Shown here piece after piece: positions 9,259 to 19,219 of a DNA stretch of 64,000 nt (position 1 is its first letter; the number at the start of each line of letters is the position of its first letter). The position numbers were made by a program, and so were the translations under genes. Origin of the DNA: Chloroflexota bacterium (GTDB lineage: Bacteria; Chloroflexota; Dehalococcoidia; Dehalococcoidales; RBG-16-60-22); contig JAHJTL010000075.1 of the NCBI GenBank assembly GCA_018829775.1, forward strand, positions 416 through 64,415, written 5' to 3'. The notes under the pieces are model-generated. The model did no database searches, was not told the DNA's origin, and saw only the letters and a list, made by a program, of their open reading frames with translations.

Positions 9259-10449
9259 CTACCTCTCACCTAGTAGCTCCACCACCTTATCCAGTATCTT
9301 TTCCGCAACCTCTCTCTTTGTCAGGAGAGGCAGGTTTTCTGCTTCCCCTTTTTTGTCAATGATGGTGACTTTATTGGTATCCACGCCGAAGCCGCTATCG
9401 GCGCTGGTGATATCGTTGGCCACTATCAAGTCGAGGTTTTTCTTCTGTAGCTTCTGCCGGGCGTTGGCGACCACATCCTCGCTTTCCGCGGCAAAGCCGA
9501 CCCTGATAAATTTTCCCTCTACCTCGGTTATAATATCGGGCGTCCTGACCAGTTCCAGAGTCAAGCTATCGGACGCTTTCTTAATTTTGGACCTTGACGT
9601 GCTCTTCGGCTGGTAATCGGCGACGGCGGCGGCCATAATCAGGGTATCGGCTTTACCAACCGCTTTGGCGACCGCATCCTTCATCTGGCGGGCGGTCTGG
9701 ATGTGAACCATTTCAATACCAGTTGGGTCGGGCAGGGAGGTGGGGGCAGTAACCAGTGTTACTTCCGCGCCTCTATCCCGCGCTGCCTCCGCCACGGCAT
9801 AGCCCATCTTTCCCGAGGAGCGATTGCCGATGTGCCGTACCGGGTCAATCGGCTCCTGTGTTCCGCCTGCGGTGACCACGATGCGCCTGCCAGCCAGGTC
9901 TCCTTTCCTGCCCAGCACCTGTTTGATGGTACCGAGGATAACCTCGATATCGGCCAGGCGACCGTGTCCCATCTTGCCCGAAGCGAGGCGACCGTAGCCG
10001 GGTTCAACTATTATGAATCCCCGCGCTTTCAGTTTGGCTACATTTTCCTGCGTGACCGGGTTTTCCCACATGTTCACGTTCATCGCCGGGGCAATTATAA
10101 CCGGCGACCTGGTGGCCAACACGATGCCGGTCAGCATATTATCCGCCATGCCGGCTGCTATCTTGGCAATGGTGTTGGCCGTGGCCGGGGCGATGACAAC
10201 CGCGTCAGCGGCTTCCGACAATGATATATGCGTCTCGCCGTATTCAATGGGTGCGGTAAACATATCGGTGATAACTTTTGTGTGCGTCAGGGTACGAAAG
10301 GTGAGGGGTGCTACAAGCTTGGTGGCGGCCTCGGTCATGACCACTTCGACCCTGGCGCCGCCCTGCGTCAATTTGCTCGCTAGGTCGGCTGCCTTGTAGG
10401 CGGCAATGCCGCCAGTTACGCCTAATATTATGGTCTTATCATTTAACAT
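9259..10449 (-). CDS. coaBC: Bifunctional phosphopantothenoylcysteine decarboxylase / phosphopantothenate--cysteine ligase
   Basis: 396 aa. GVTGGIAAYK flavoprotein N-domain, PAMN motif, C-terminal CoaB domain (GNRSSGKMG). Confidence 0.95.
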   Translation of the reverse strand: MLNDKTIILGVTGGIAAYKAADLASKLTQGGARVEVVMTEAATKLVAPLTFRTLTHTKVITDMFTAPIEYGETHISLSEAADAVVIAPATANTIAKIAAGMADNMLTGIVLATRSPVIIAPAMNVNMWENPVTQENVAKLKARGFIIVEPGYGRLASGKMGHGRLADIEVILGTIKQVLGRKGDLAGRRIVVTAGGTQEPIDPVRHIGNRSSGKMGYAVAEAARDRGAEVTLVTAPTSLPDPTGIEMVHIQTARQMKDAVAKAVGKADTLIMAAAVADYQPKSTSRSKIKKASDSLTLELVRTPDIITEVEGKFIRVGFAAESEDVVANARQKLQKKNLDLIVANDITSADSGFGVDTNKVTIIDKKGEAENLPLLTKREVAEKILDKVVELLGER

Positions 10450-10481
10450 AATGCCTCCTCAGCACCTGGACCGAGAGGATA

Positions 10482-11249
10482 TCAGGTCTGATTCATATCA
10501 TAGATCAATTTCAAGCCGATAAGCGTGATATCGTGGTTTACGGTATTGATAATGCTCGTCTCATTAGCGATTAAATCGGCATAGCCTCCGGTTGCGACCA
10601 CCGCTGTCTTTTCACCCAGTTCCTCTTGAATTCGGGACACTATACCCTCAACCAGCCCGATGTAGCCGTAAATTATACCCGACTGCATCGCAGAGGTGGT
10701 ATTGGTGCCAATAACGTGACTGGGGCGTACCAGTTCCACCCTCGGCAGCATGGCGGCGCGCATGAACAGCGCCTCGGCAGCGGTCCCGATCCCCGGCGCA
10801 ATGACGCCGCCCAGATAGTCGCCTTCCTTGGAAACGGTATCAAAGGTGGTGGCGGTGCCGAAGTCGGTGATGATGACCGGTCCGCCGTAGAGACGGTGGG
10901 CAGCGGCAGCGTTGACGATGCGGTCGGCACCAACCTCGCGGGGGTTATCCATGCGGATACGCACACCAGTTTTTGCGCCCGCACCGACCACAAGCGGGGT
11001 CACATTGAAATACCGGTGACACAAATCAACAAATGTGGAGAGCAGCGGCGGTACCACGCAGCATAATGCTATCTCCTTGATGTTTTCCAGCTTCATATTC
11101 TGGTGCTGGAGCAGGTTCATCATCAGGGCAGCATATTCATCAGCCACGCGGTGAATCCGGGTGGCCAGATGCCAGGTCGCCCGAAGCTCTTCGCCCTCGA
11201 AGACTCCGAGTGAAATCTCAGTATTACCGATATCTATTGCCATCAACAT
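10482..11249 (-). CDS. coaX: Type III pantothenate kinase
   Basis: LMAIDIGNT.., GADR, ITDFGTATTFD motifs; adjacent to coaBC. Confidence 0.93.
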   Translation of the reverse strand: MLMAIDIGNTEISLGVFEGEELRATWHLATRIHRVADEYAALMMNLLQHQNMKLENIKEIALCCVVPPLLSTFVDLCHRYFNVTPLVVGAGAKTGVRIRMDNPREVGADRIVNAAAAHRLYGGPVIITDFGTATTFDTVSKEGDYLGGVIAPGIGTAAEALFMRAAMLPRVELVRPSHVIGTNTTSAMQSGIIYGYIGLVEGIVSRIQEELGEKTAVVATGGYADLIANETSIINTVNHDITLIGLKLIYDMNQT

Positions 11250-11275
11250 TGTATCTATATTCTACAACAAAGTGT

Positions 11276-12838
11276 CTATCTGTTTTTAGCCGTTTCCCGA
11301 AGCTGTTTTATCACCAATGGCAGGACAGGCAGCAGGTCGGAGGCGAGCATACCGGTATCTCCTATGAGGTCTCTGATTACCTCACCGGCTTTGCCGTGCA
11401 GGTAAACACCGAGTGCCGCGGCGTCGTAAAGGGAAAGGCCCTGCGCCAGCAGGCCGGCGATAGCGCCGGTGAGCACGTCCCCGGTTCCCCCCGACGCCAG
11501 CCCCGGATTGGCAAAAGGACTGACCCGGCAACTGCCGTCCGGTGAGGCAATAACCGTGAAAGCCCCTTTGAGGACAATCGTTTTACCCCATTCCCGGGCA
11601 TATTTTCGGGCGATGCCAACTCTGTCCGGCTGTGTTTCGGCGACGGTGAGACCGCTCAATCGTACCATCTCACCCGGGTGTGGCGTCAGTATGGCATCGC
11701 TGTGGAGCTTCTGCCACCACTCGGGGATTTGGGACAGCGCATTGAGCCCATCGGCATCAAGGACGAGCGGGGGCAGTTTTTCCCGGAAGAGCAGGGAGGG
11801 AATGAACTCACTCACCGACTCGCTCTGCCCCAGGCCGCAGCCGAGCAGCAGGACATCGTATGATTTCAGGTTATCGTTTATTATCTTAGCCGCTTCTTTA
11901 GCAATTATGCCCGCTTCAGCTTCGGGCAGCGGCAAGTAGGTTGTTTCTGTCAGTTTGGAGGCCAGGGCCGGCTGCAGGCTCGATGCCGTGGCCAAAGTCA
12001 CCAGGCCAGCGCCAACACGAAGGGCACCATTACAGGCCAGGTAGGCCGCTCCGATATAGTTGACCGAACCGGCAACCGCCAGCACCCGCCCGAAAGTCCC
12101 CTTGTTGGCGTCGAGAGGACGTTTGGGGAGCACATTTACTGCCCAATCATCTGTAAGCAGTTCAAGGTTTATATCATCGGCTAGCTCAGCCGGAATGCCG
12201 ATGTCCGCTATGCTCAATTTGCCCACCCTCTCTGCCCCGGGGAAACGGAACAGGCCGAGCTTGGGAAAAGCAAGGGTAACGGTATAATCGGCGAAAGGAC
12301 AGACCGGGTCTACCTCACCAGTGTCGGCGTTGAGGCCGGAGGGCAGGTCAACGGCAATAAGCACCAGCGCCGGTTTTTTCTGTTTTAATTGGTTTACCCT
12401 GTCCAGAACCTGCGCGAGAACCCCCCGAATGGGACGGGCTTTGCCGGTGCCGAAAAGCGCGTCGACCACGCAATCGACCGATGTCAGCATTTCACTGAAC
12501 TGGGACAGGTCCTTATCCTGGGCGGCGTCAATGCAGGGTATGTTTCGCTGCTGCACCTGCTCAAGGTTGGCGTCATCTTCTGGTCGCTGGCTGCACAGGC
12601 AGACGCTCACCTGAGCTCTCCAGTCGTGCAGGTAGCGTGTGACCACCAGCCCATCACCACCGTTATTGCCCGGCCCGACCAGAATCAGGAACTGCTTTTG
12701 CTCTATCGGCCCCAGAATTCGTCTGGCCTCTTCGGCGACGGCTCGGCCGGCGTTCTCCATCAGCACGTGCCCGGGCGTGCCGCGGCGGATGCATTCCCGG
12801 TCTATCTGCCGCATCTGTTCGCTGGTGACGATTTTCAT
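11276..12838 (-). CDS. nnr: Bifunctional NAD(P)H-hydrate repair enzyme (epimerase + ADP-dependent dehydratase)
   Basis: GPGNNGGDG (YjeF-N) and GGTGDVLTG (carbohydrate-kinase-like C-domain). Start set at MKIVTSEQMRQID (ATG 12838); the track ORF extends to 12907. Confidence 0.9.
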   Translation of the reverse strand: MKIVTSEQMRQIDRECIRRGTPGHVLMENAGRAVAEEARRILGPIEQKQFLILVGPGNNGGDGLVVTRYLHDWRAQVSVCLCSQRPEDDANLEQVQQRNIPCIDAAQDKDLSQFSEMLTSVDCVVDALFGTGKARPIRGVLAQVLDRVNQLKQKKPALVLIAVDLPSGLNADTGEVDPVCPFADYTVTLAFPKLGLFRFPGAERVGKLSIADIGIPAELADDINLELLTDDWAVNVLPKRPLDANKGTFGRVLAVAGSVNYIGAAYLACNGALRVGAGLVTLATASSLQPALASKLTETTYLPLPEAEAGIIAKEAAKIINDNLKSYDVLLLGCGLGQSESVSEFIPSLLFREKLPPLVLDADGLNALSQIPEWWQKLHSDAILTPHPGEMVRLSGLTVAETQPDRVGIARKYAREWGKTIVLKGAFTVIASPDGSCRVSPFANPGLASGGTGDVLTGAIAGLLAQGLSLYDAAALGVYLHGKAGEVIRDLIGDTGMLASDLLPVLPLVIKQLRETAKNR

Positions 12839-12928
12839 GATGAAAAATCCATTACGTTGCTTATGTGAAGTGTAGCAATAACCTGAGGCACGGTCAAGAT
12901 GTGGCAAGCAGGGGAGGGCACTTTGACC

Positions 12929-13975
12929 CTAACGTGAAGCAAGCTGCTTCTCGTATTCCCTTTTGCCCGCCTGGTGCATTTTCACGTGCTCCTTCATCAT
13001 ATCCCTGATGGACAGGTTGTAGGGGCAGCGTTCCTCGCACTCGCCGCAGTCGGTGCATTCGTCCGCTTTGACAAATGACTCGGCAAACTTGCCGGTGTAA
13101 AGGCGGACCTCAGGCAGGCGTTTGGCGAGGTTGGGGAACGACATTACATCCGCGATGGGTATTTCCGCCTGGCAGGGCTGGCAGTAATCGCAGCGACGGC
13201 AGAACCTGGCACCGAGCTCCTGTCTGATACGCTCTATCTCCTGCTTTTCCCCGGCTGTCATCTCCTTCGGCCCCTCGAATACCCGGGCGATTTCCTCTAT
13301 TTCAGGCACCCGTTCAATGCCGGGGATAAGCACTATATCAGGAAACTGGAGCAGGTATTTAATGGCAATGGCGGCGTTATCTATCATCCCGCCGGCCAGC
13401 GGTTTCATGGCGATGAAGCCGACATCGTGCTGTTTGCACAAGGACAGCAGTTCTTCCTTGCCTTCGTAGGACATGAAGTTTAATGGAAACATGAGGGTCT
13501 CAAAGAGGCCGGTCTTCACCGCATCTTTGGCGATGTCAATCTGATGAGAGGTTATGCCAATGTGCTTCACCAGGCCGGCTTTTTTGGCGTCTTCGACTGC
13601 GCCTCGCGGGCCATCGGGGTCGAGAACGGTTTCCAGCGCTTTGGCATCGCTGATGTTGTGGAGCTGGTAGAGGTCTATGTAATCAACGCCGAGCCTCTCC
13701 AGACTTAGTTTGAGGTGTTTCTCGATATCTTCTCGGGTGCGGGCCAACGACTTTGTGGCCAGAAAGATTCCTTCACGATTTCCTTTAATTGCCTTGCCGA
13801 TTCTCTCCTCGCTGGTGGTGTAACCGTTGGCCGTGTCCAGGAAGTTGATGCCCAGTTCCAGACATTTATGGACCACGGCGATGGCTTCCTCTTCGGGGAC
13901 TCTCTGGATGGGGATGCCCCCGAATCCGAGTCCGGTCACCATCATCTCAGTTCTGCCCAGCCTTATCTTTCCCAT
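12929..13975 (-). CDS. Aldo/keto reductase with C-terminal 4Fe-4S ferredoxin-like extension
   Basis: AKR N-terminus (LGFGGIPIQR, FLDTANGY). C-terminal CRRCDYCQPC and CTDCGECEERCP cysteine motifs. Confidence 0.85.
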   Translation of the reverse strand: MGKIRLGRTEMMVTGLGFGGIPIQRVPEEEAIAVVHKCLELGINFLDTANGYTTSEERIGKAIKGNREGIFLATKSLARTREDIEKHLKLSLERLGVDYIDLYQLHNISDAKALETVLDPDGPRGAVEDAKKAGLVKHIGITSHQIDIAKDAVKTGLFETLMFPLNFMSYEGKEELLSLCKQHDVGFIAMKPLAGGMIDNAAIAIKYLLQFPDIVLIPGIERVPEIEEIARVFEGPKEMTAGEKQEIERIRQELGARFCRRCDYCQPCQAEIPIADVMSFPNLAKRLPEVRLYTGKFAESFVKADECTDCGECEERCPYNLSIRDMMKEHVKMHQAGKREYEKQLASR

Positions 13976-14009
13976 AGATTTCCCTACTCCGTTTCGGTAT
14001 GACTTTAAC

Positions 14010-14447
14010 TTAAGAGCCCCTGGTTGCCGACCTGTTGATGATTTCCACCATGGTCTGGTAGAACTCTTCGGGTTCTTTGCCTATGGATAGTTTCTCCATA
14101 GGGCACATGTCCTCCCCATCGGCTCGCTGGATGGTGGGGACAATTCTGGCGAAGTTATAATTAATCCCGTATTTTTCCAGCGTATGTATGGCAAGCTCGC
14201 TGCCCAGTGGACTGAATACTTCCCGGCACTTCGCCCTGACAGCAAGCAGGGCTGCAGCATTGCCGATAATTTTATCGAAGATAACCACCCCTTCATGCTC
14301 CGGGGCGAAGCGGTCAAGGTATTCCATCAGCGGCAGCAACCGGTCTTTTCTGGAAGAGAAGACAAGCTTATCGCCTTCAAATACCCGCAGGGTATCATCA
14401 CTGTTAACGAATTCCTGAAAGACCTGTTCGTACATCACCATATTCAT
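14010..14447 (-). CDS. DUF1893 (TM1506-like) domain protein
   Basis: FDKIIGNAAALL..LGSELAIHTLEKYGI pattern recalled for DUF1893; weak assignment. Confidence 0.55.
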   Translation of the reverse strand: MNMVMYEQVFQEFVNSDDTLRVFEGDKLVFSSRKDRLLPLMEYLDRFAPEHEGVVIFDKIIGNAAALLAVRAKCREVFSPLGSELAIHTLEKYGINYNFARIVPTIQRADGEDMCPMEKLSIGKEPEEFYQTMVEIINRSATRGS

Positions 14448-14510
14448 TGTAAATGGGTTGCCCTGCCGCTGGCAAATGACGGCTTCAAAAATGTTAGCGA
14501 AGTCCGTTAA

Positions 14511-15494
14511 TCAGCGACTGATGCGCAGGCCGCCGCCTTTGAGCAGGTTCTCCACCTCCTGCAGCGTCGCCCAGTTGGTATCACTGGGGATGGAGTGCTT
14601 CAGGGCCGAGAAGGCGTTCCCGTACTTGACGCCCTTTTCCACATCGCCGGTGAGGTAGCCATAAATGAACCCGGCAGTGTACGAATCGCCGGCACCAACG
14701 CGGTCCACTATCTCCACGTCGTAAGTCCGGTCGTCGTATATCTTGCCCGCTGCGTAGGCAATCGCCGTCCAGCGATTTCTCAACACAGATACGTCCTCGC
14801 GCAGGGTGATGCAGACGACCTCGAAGTTGAATTTTTCCGCCAATTTCTGGGCTACTTCGCGATAATCCTTGCCGGTGATGCCGAGTACCCTTCTGGTATC
14901 CTCCTCCGTTGACAGGAGAACATCGATATACTCCATCAACGGTTCCTGACATTTCCGGGCTTCCTCTTCCGTCCAGAGTCGGGCGCGGTAGTTGAGGTCG
15001 TAGCTTACCTTACAGCCGGCCTTCTTGGCGGTCTGCAGTGCCTCGGTGGTGACCTGGGCGGCACCGGGGCTCAGTGCCGGTGTGATGCCGCTGGTATGGA
15101 ACCACTTGGCGCCCTTCAGGACTTCCTCCCAGTTTATCTCCCCGGGCTTTATCTGGCTGATGGCGGAGTGGGAGCGGTCATAGAGAACGCTGCTCGGTCT
15201 GGGCGTGGCGCCGAATTCCACGAAATAAATCCCGTTGCGGTCGCCTTTGGTCCAGACGATGTGTGAGGTATCCACGCCCTGCTCGCGAGCTTTATTGCGA
15301 ATCATGCGGCCGAGGGCGTTGTCCGTCAGCCGTGAAACCCAGGCCGTGCTGATGCCCAGCCGGCTCAGGTCAGCGGCCACATTCCACTCCGCACCGCCGA
15401 TATTAACATCGAGCACGTGAGTCTGTTCCAGCCTGAGGTAATCTGGCGGGGAAAGCCGCAACATGGTTTCGCCAAAAGTAACAACGTCAGCCAT
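14511..15494 (-). CDS. kdgK: PfkB-family sugar kinase, probable 2-dehydro-3-deoxygluconokinase
   Basis: PfkB signatures (GGAEWNVA, DRVGAGDSYTAGF). Specific function inferred from the adjacent eda. Confidence 0.78.
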   Translation of the reverse strand: MADVVTFGETMLRLSPPDYLRLEQTHVLDVNIGGAEWNVAADLSRLGISTAWVSRLTDNALGRMIRNKAREQGVDTSHIVWTKGDRNGIYFVEFGATPRPSSVLYDRSHSAISQIKPGEINWEEVLKGAKWFHTSGITPALSPGAAQVTTEALQTAKKAGCKVSYDLNYRARLWTEEEARKCQEPLMEYIDVLLSTEEDTRRVLGITGKDYREVAQKLAEKFNFEVVCITLREDVSVLRNRWTAIAYAAGKIYDDRTYDVEIVDRVGAGDSYTAGFIYGYLTGDVEKGVKYGNAFSALKHSIPSDTNWATLQEVENLLKGGGLRISR

Positions 15495-15520
15495 TTTTCA
15501 ACTCCTCCTGTATTATTTAA

Positions 15521-16171
15521 CTAACCTCCCCTTGCCTGCCTCACCGCTTCGCAGAATTTCTGTGCGGTCTCCGTGATGACAGCCCAGTTTTTCTCGCTCA
15601 CCGCTTTCTTATCCACCAGCGATGAACCGGCAGCCACCGCCACCGCGCCGGCCTTGATGAATTCCGGCGTGGTCTGCAGGTTCACCCCGCCGGTGGGCAC
15701 CAGCTTCACCTGAGGCAGTGGCCCCAGAATGTCCTTAAGGTATCCGGGGCCGCCTACCGATGCCGGGAACACCTTGACGATGTCCGCACCGGCCTCCCAG
15801 GCGGTCAGTATCTCAGTGGGGGTGAAGGTGCCGGGGATGACAATCTTGCTGTAGCGACGGCAGACCTTGATGACCTCGAGGTTAAGGGTGGGGCTGACGA
15901 TGAACTCGGCGCCAGCCAGGATACAGGCGCGGGCCGTTTCCGGATCGAGCACGGTACCGGCGCCAACCAGTACCTCCTCCTTTACCGCGCTTCTGAATTC
16001 CCTGATGGCATCGATGGCACCGGGGACGGTCATGGTCACCTCAATCGGTTTAACACCGCCTTTGGCAATGGCCTGGCATACGTCCACCGCTTCCTGGGCG
16101 CTGCTGACCCTGACAATGGCCACCACGCCACAGTCTATGATGGTCTGTAAATTCTTCTCCTTATCACTCAT
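15521..16171 (-). CDS. eda: 2-dehydro-3-deoxyphosphogluconate / 4-hydroxy-2-oxoglutarate aldolase
   Basis: 216 aa. GGVKPIEVTMT, GAGTVL and VKVFPA motifs of the KDPG aldolase family. Confidence 0.88.
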   Translation of the reverse strand: MSDKEKNLQTIIDCGVVAIVRVSSAQEAVDVCQAIAKGGVKPIEVTMTVPGAIDAIREFRSAVKEEVLVGAGTVLDPETARACILAGAEFIVSPTLNLEVIKVCRRYSKIVIPGTFTPTEILTAWEAGADIVKVFPASVGGPGYLKDILGPLPQVKLVPTGGVNLQTTPEFIKAGAVAVAAGSSLVDKKAVSEKNWAVITETAQKFCEAVRQARGG

Positions 16172-16228
16172 AGCTGCCCTCCATCATTGATTATCCTGAC
16201 AGTCAAATCGCAGCAATATCTTGGACTA

Positions 16229-16762
16229 TTAGCGGCGCTTTGTCAATCGTTCCAGTTTGCCGAGCATCGCCTGCCAGTGCGTGCCGCGCCAGTAGATTCT
16301 ATGGCAAACGGGGCACTCCATGTACTGCTGCTGTGTCTTGAAAACGTAGGACGGCACGCGGTCTTTGATTTCTTCTTTGCTCCTCTCCTCCAGTGGATTA
16401 TTGCACTCAAGGCAGATGGTGAACGGCCTGGACTGGAAATCAAGGTGTAACGTTTCAATTACCTGGAGTACCTGCGGCTCCACTTTGTCGCTGTCAATCA
16501 GGATGGCTTTGAGTCGGCCGCTGGTGATAACGCCCCGTTTCATTACCTGGGTATCCCGGGTCAGTATCACCCGGTCTTCCTTCAACGCTCTGTCAATCAT
16601 ATAGGCGTCATCGTCGCCCTCGAAGAAAACGGCATCATAGCCCAGCATTCTCAGCCATTTGGCCAGCTTGCCCACATTGCTGTCCACGATGAATTTTGTA
16701 CTGTCTGACACCGCGGCTTTCCTTGCCCCACCTCTATTATAGCTGAACCACCAGTCCTTCAT
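16229..16762 (-). CDS. Mut7-C RNase domain protein (PIN-like nuclease + zinc ribbon)
   Basis: FIVDSNVGKLAKWLRMLGYD plus C-terminal C-x2-C...C-x2-C ribbon (CLECN..CPVCH). An alternative GTG start at 16711 would remove the overlap with the upstream gene. Confidence 0.75.
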   Translation of the reverse strand: MKDWWFSYNRGGARKAAVSDSTKFIVDSNVGKLAKWLRMLGYDAVFFEGDDDAYMIDRALKEDRVILTRDTQVMKRGVITSGRLKAILIDSDKVEPQVLQVIETLHLDFQSRPFTICLECNNPLEERSKEEIKDRVPSYVFKTQQQYMECPVCHRIYWRGTHWQAMLGKLERLTKRR

Positions 16763-17507
16763 AAGCGAGCCTTATCGACGTGCCAAGCTCATCGGATAAT
16801 TGCTCGACCTCCGCTTCTATTTCCTTTTCCTGTCGCGGGTTCATATGGACCAGGAAGACCTGCGGGAGATAACCTTTCGATTTCTGGAAAACGAGCAGTT
16901 CCTCCTTCAGCAGATTTGGAGTGAGGTGCAGCATGCGGCGGCCAAACTCTTCATAACAGTTAGGCGCGGTAACCTCGGTGATGAGCAATTGTGGTGATAC
17001 GTCAGGCCACGCCTCGGCCAGCCCCGGCCCGGTGTCCCCGGTATAGAATAGCGTTTTGCCATCTGGAGACGTAACTTGATAACCTACGGTGGGTGCCGAA
17101 TGAGTTACCGGAACGGGTAGAATTTCATAGCCAGAAATCTTGAATGTTTTGTTTGGCTCAACGACCGTGAATTTGATTCTAGGGTTTTCCGGTGGCCTTT
17201 CCAAGAAGCTGGCATAGATGGTGCCATTGAGCCAGTGTGATGCCAGGGCATCCCTGACTGCCTGCGTGGCATAAACCGGGACGCTGGTCTCGTAGAAGAG
17301 CGCGTTCATGCCCAGCGCCGGCACATCTCTCATGTGGTCGTAGTGATGGTGGGTAAGCAGAATCGCCTCGAGATTTAGTTGGGCTTCAATCGACAGGCTG
17401 GAGGTGAGCCCGCCGGCATCGAGCGCCAGGGCATCATCAATCAATATGCTGACCAGCCTGGTGGTGGCCGATTCGCAGTTGTGCGCGCCCAGAAACTGAA
17501 TTTTCAA
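16737..17507 (-). CDS. MBL-fold metallo-hydrolase
   Basis: LTHHHYDH metal-binding motif and overall beta-lactamase-fold pattern. Confidence 0.85.
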   Translation of the reverse strand: MKIQFLGAHNCESATTRLVSILIDDALALDAGGLTSSLSIEAQLNLEAILLTHHHYDHMRDVPALGMNALFYETSVPVYATQAVRDALASHWLNGTIYASFLERPPENPRIKFTVVEPNKTFKISGYEILPVPVTHSAPTVGYQVTSPDGKTLFYTGDTGPGLAEAWPDVSPQLLITEVTAPNCYEEFGRRMLHLTPNLLKEELLVFQKSKGYLPQVFLVHMNPRQEKEIEAEVEQLSDELGTSIRLAYEGLVVQL

Positions 17508-17525
17508 CTTATCTATTTCTCCTGT

Positions 17526-18191
17526 CTAGTTGGCAATGCGGAAAGGGTTGAACTTAGTATCGTAATCATAGGTATCAGTGGCCTCTCTCCTCTTCATCCA
17601 GTTGACCATGACGTAGGTGAGGGGGGTGGCCAGGGCTTCAATGAGCGTCTTGGCCAGCCAGTGATAGAGAATCATGATGGGTACAAAGGACGGCGTGCCG
17701 ATGAAGGCCACGGTGACGAAAATCGCTGTGTCCAGCCCCTGCCCAATGATGGTGGAGCCGATGGTGCGACTCCACAGCCAGCGACCCCGCGTCATAATCT
17801 TCATTTTGGACAGAATGAAGGAGTTGGCGAACTCGCCGACCAGGTAGCCCAGAAATGAGGCGGCCAGCAACCTCGGCGTATAGCCCAGAATGCGCTGGTA
17901 GGCCTCCTGCCCTTCCCAGAAAGGCGCGGCGGGTAGTACCTGCCCCACCCAGACAAAGAAGACGAAGATAAGGTTGCAGAGAAAGCCGAGCCATATAACC
18001 CGGCGTGCCAGACGGTAGCCGTAGACCTCCGTGAGGGCGTCCCCGAAGATGTAGCTCAAAGGGAAGATGAAAATGGCCGCTGGCAGGAGGAATGGGCCAA
18101 GGCTGATGACCTTGACGGCGGTGACATTGGCGGTAATGAGACAGGTGATGAAGAGGGCGATGAATATCACCAGTCGGTGCGAGACACTCAT
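17526..18191 (-). CDS. yhhQ: Queuosine-precursor transporter (YhhQ/VUT family)
   Basis: Polytopic membrane protein with the IFPLSYIFGDALTEVYGY motif. Start set at ATG 18191, 1 nt after the corA stop; the track ORF extends to 18290 inside corA. Confidence 0.8.
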   Translation of the reverse strand: MSVSHRLVIFIALFITCLITANVTAVKVISLGPFLLPAAIFIFPLSYIFGDALTEVYGYRLARRVIWLGFLCNLIFVFFVWVGQVLPAAPFWEGQEAYQRILGYTPRLLAASFLGYLVGEFANSFILSKMKIMTRGRWLWSRTIGSTIIGQGLDTAIFVTVAFIGTPSFVPIMILYHWLAKTLIEALATPLTYVMVNWMKRREATDTYDYDTKFNPFRIAN

Positions 18192-18192
18192 A

Positions 18193-19155
18193 TCATATCC
18201 AGCGGTTTCGGCGGAAGAAGTAGAGCATGCCGCCGATGATGGCGAGGCAGATGAAAAAGACAAAGAGTGCCGAGTATGCGGAATTGCCAAAAGGCCCCAG
18301 AGGGATGTTCATGCCGAAGATGCTCGCCACCACGGTAATCGGCAGCAGGATGGTGGCGATGACGGTCAGCATGCGTATGACCTCGTTGGTGCGGTTGGTG
18401 GCCAGCGAATCGTGCGTATCATTGAGGCCCTCAATGATTTCCTTGTATTCATCCAGGCCGTCCCATATCTTATCGACGTGGTCAACCGTGTCGCCGAAGT
18501 AGACGGCCAGGTCCATCTTGGTGAACCGCCGTATCTTCGGTTCCAGTGTAGCGATGACCGCCCTCATCGGCCAGATGATGCGGCGGAAGGAGATAACATC
18601 GCGCCTCAGGACGGAAATATCCTCGATGGCCCGCGGTATTCGTTTGCTGGCGAAGACATTGTCTTCGGTTTCTTCAATATTAGCGCTTATCCGATTTAGA
18701 ATCGGAATACAGTAGTCAATGAGCCGGTCAATGATACGATAGAGCAGGTACCCCGACCCCTGGCTGAAGTTTTCCTGTCGTGCCTCCTCCTCAAGCTGGC
18801 ACTCCCGGAACAGTTTCACCAGTGGCTTGAGGTCGCCTTTATGCAGCGTAATCAGGTAATTGGCACCGATAAACACGGAGACCTGGCTGGGCGTGGTCAG
18901 TCTGGCATCTTTGTTGAATACCGGGAAGTGCAGCACCAGAAACAGGTAATCCCGGTACTCATCTATTTTGGGCCGCTGGATGCGGCTGAGGCAGTCATCA
19001 AGGTCGAGGGGGTGGAAGGGGAAATTCTGCGCCAGGTATTCGGTATCCCGCTCGGTGGGCTTTTCAATATCGAACCAGGTCAGACCATTCCATTCGACCG
19101 ATTCAATATTTAATCCTTTGCCTTTTTCTTTGACCTCGACCTCTCGAATTGCCAT
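18193..19155 (-). CDS. corA: Magnesium/cobalt transporter CorA
   Basis: 320 aa with two C-terminal TM helices and the GMN motif (IFGMNIP). Confidence 0.92.
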   Translation of the reverse strand: MAIREVEVKEKGKGLNIESVEWNGLTWFDIEKPTERDTEYLAQNFPFHPLDLDDCLSRIQRPKIDEYRDYLFLVLHFPVFNKDARLTTPSQVSVFIGANYLITLHKGDLKPLVKLFRECQLEEEARQENFSQGSGYLLYRIIDRLIDYCIPILNRISANIEETEDNVFASKRIPRAIEDISVLRRDVISFRRIIWPMRAVIATLEPKIRRFTKMDLAVYFGDTVDHVDKIWDGLDEYKEIIEGLNDTHDSLATNRTNEVIRMLTVIATILLPITVVASIFGMNIPLGPFGNSAYSALFVFFICLAIIGGMLYFFRRNRWI

Positions 19156-19219
19156 AGCGATATCCTCTCCTGGATTTTCAGGAGTATGTTATAGACACGA
19201 TTTATTCTACCATAATATA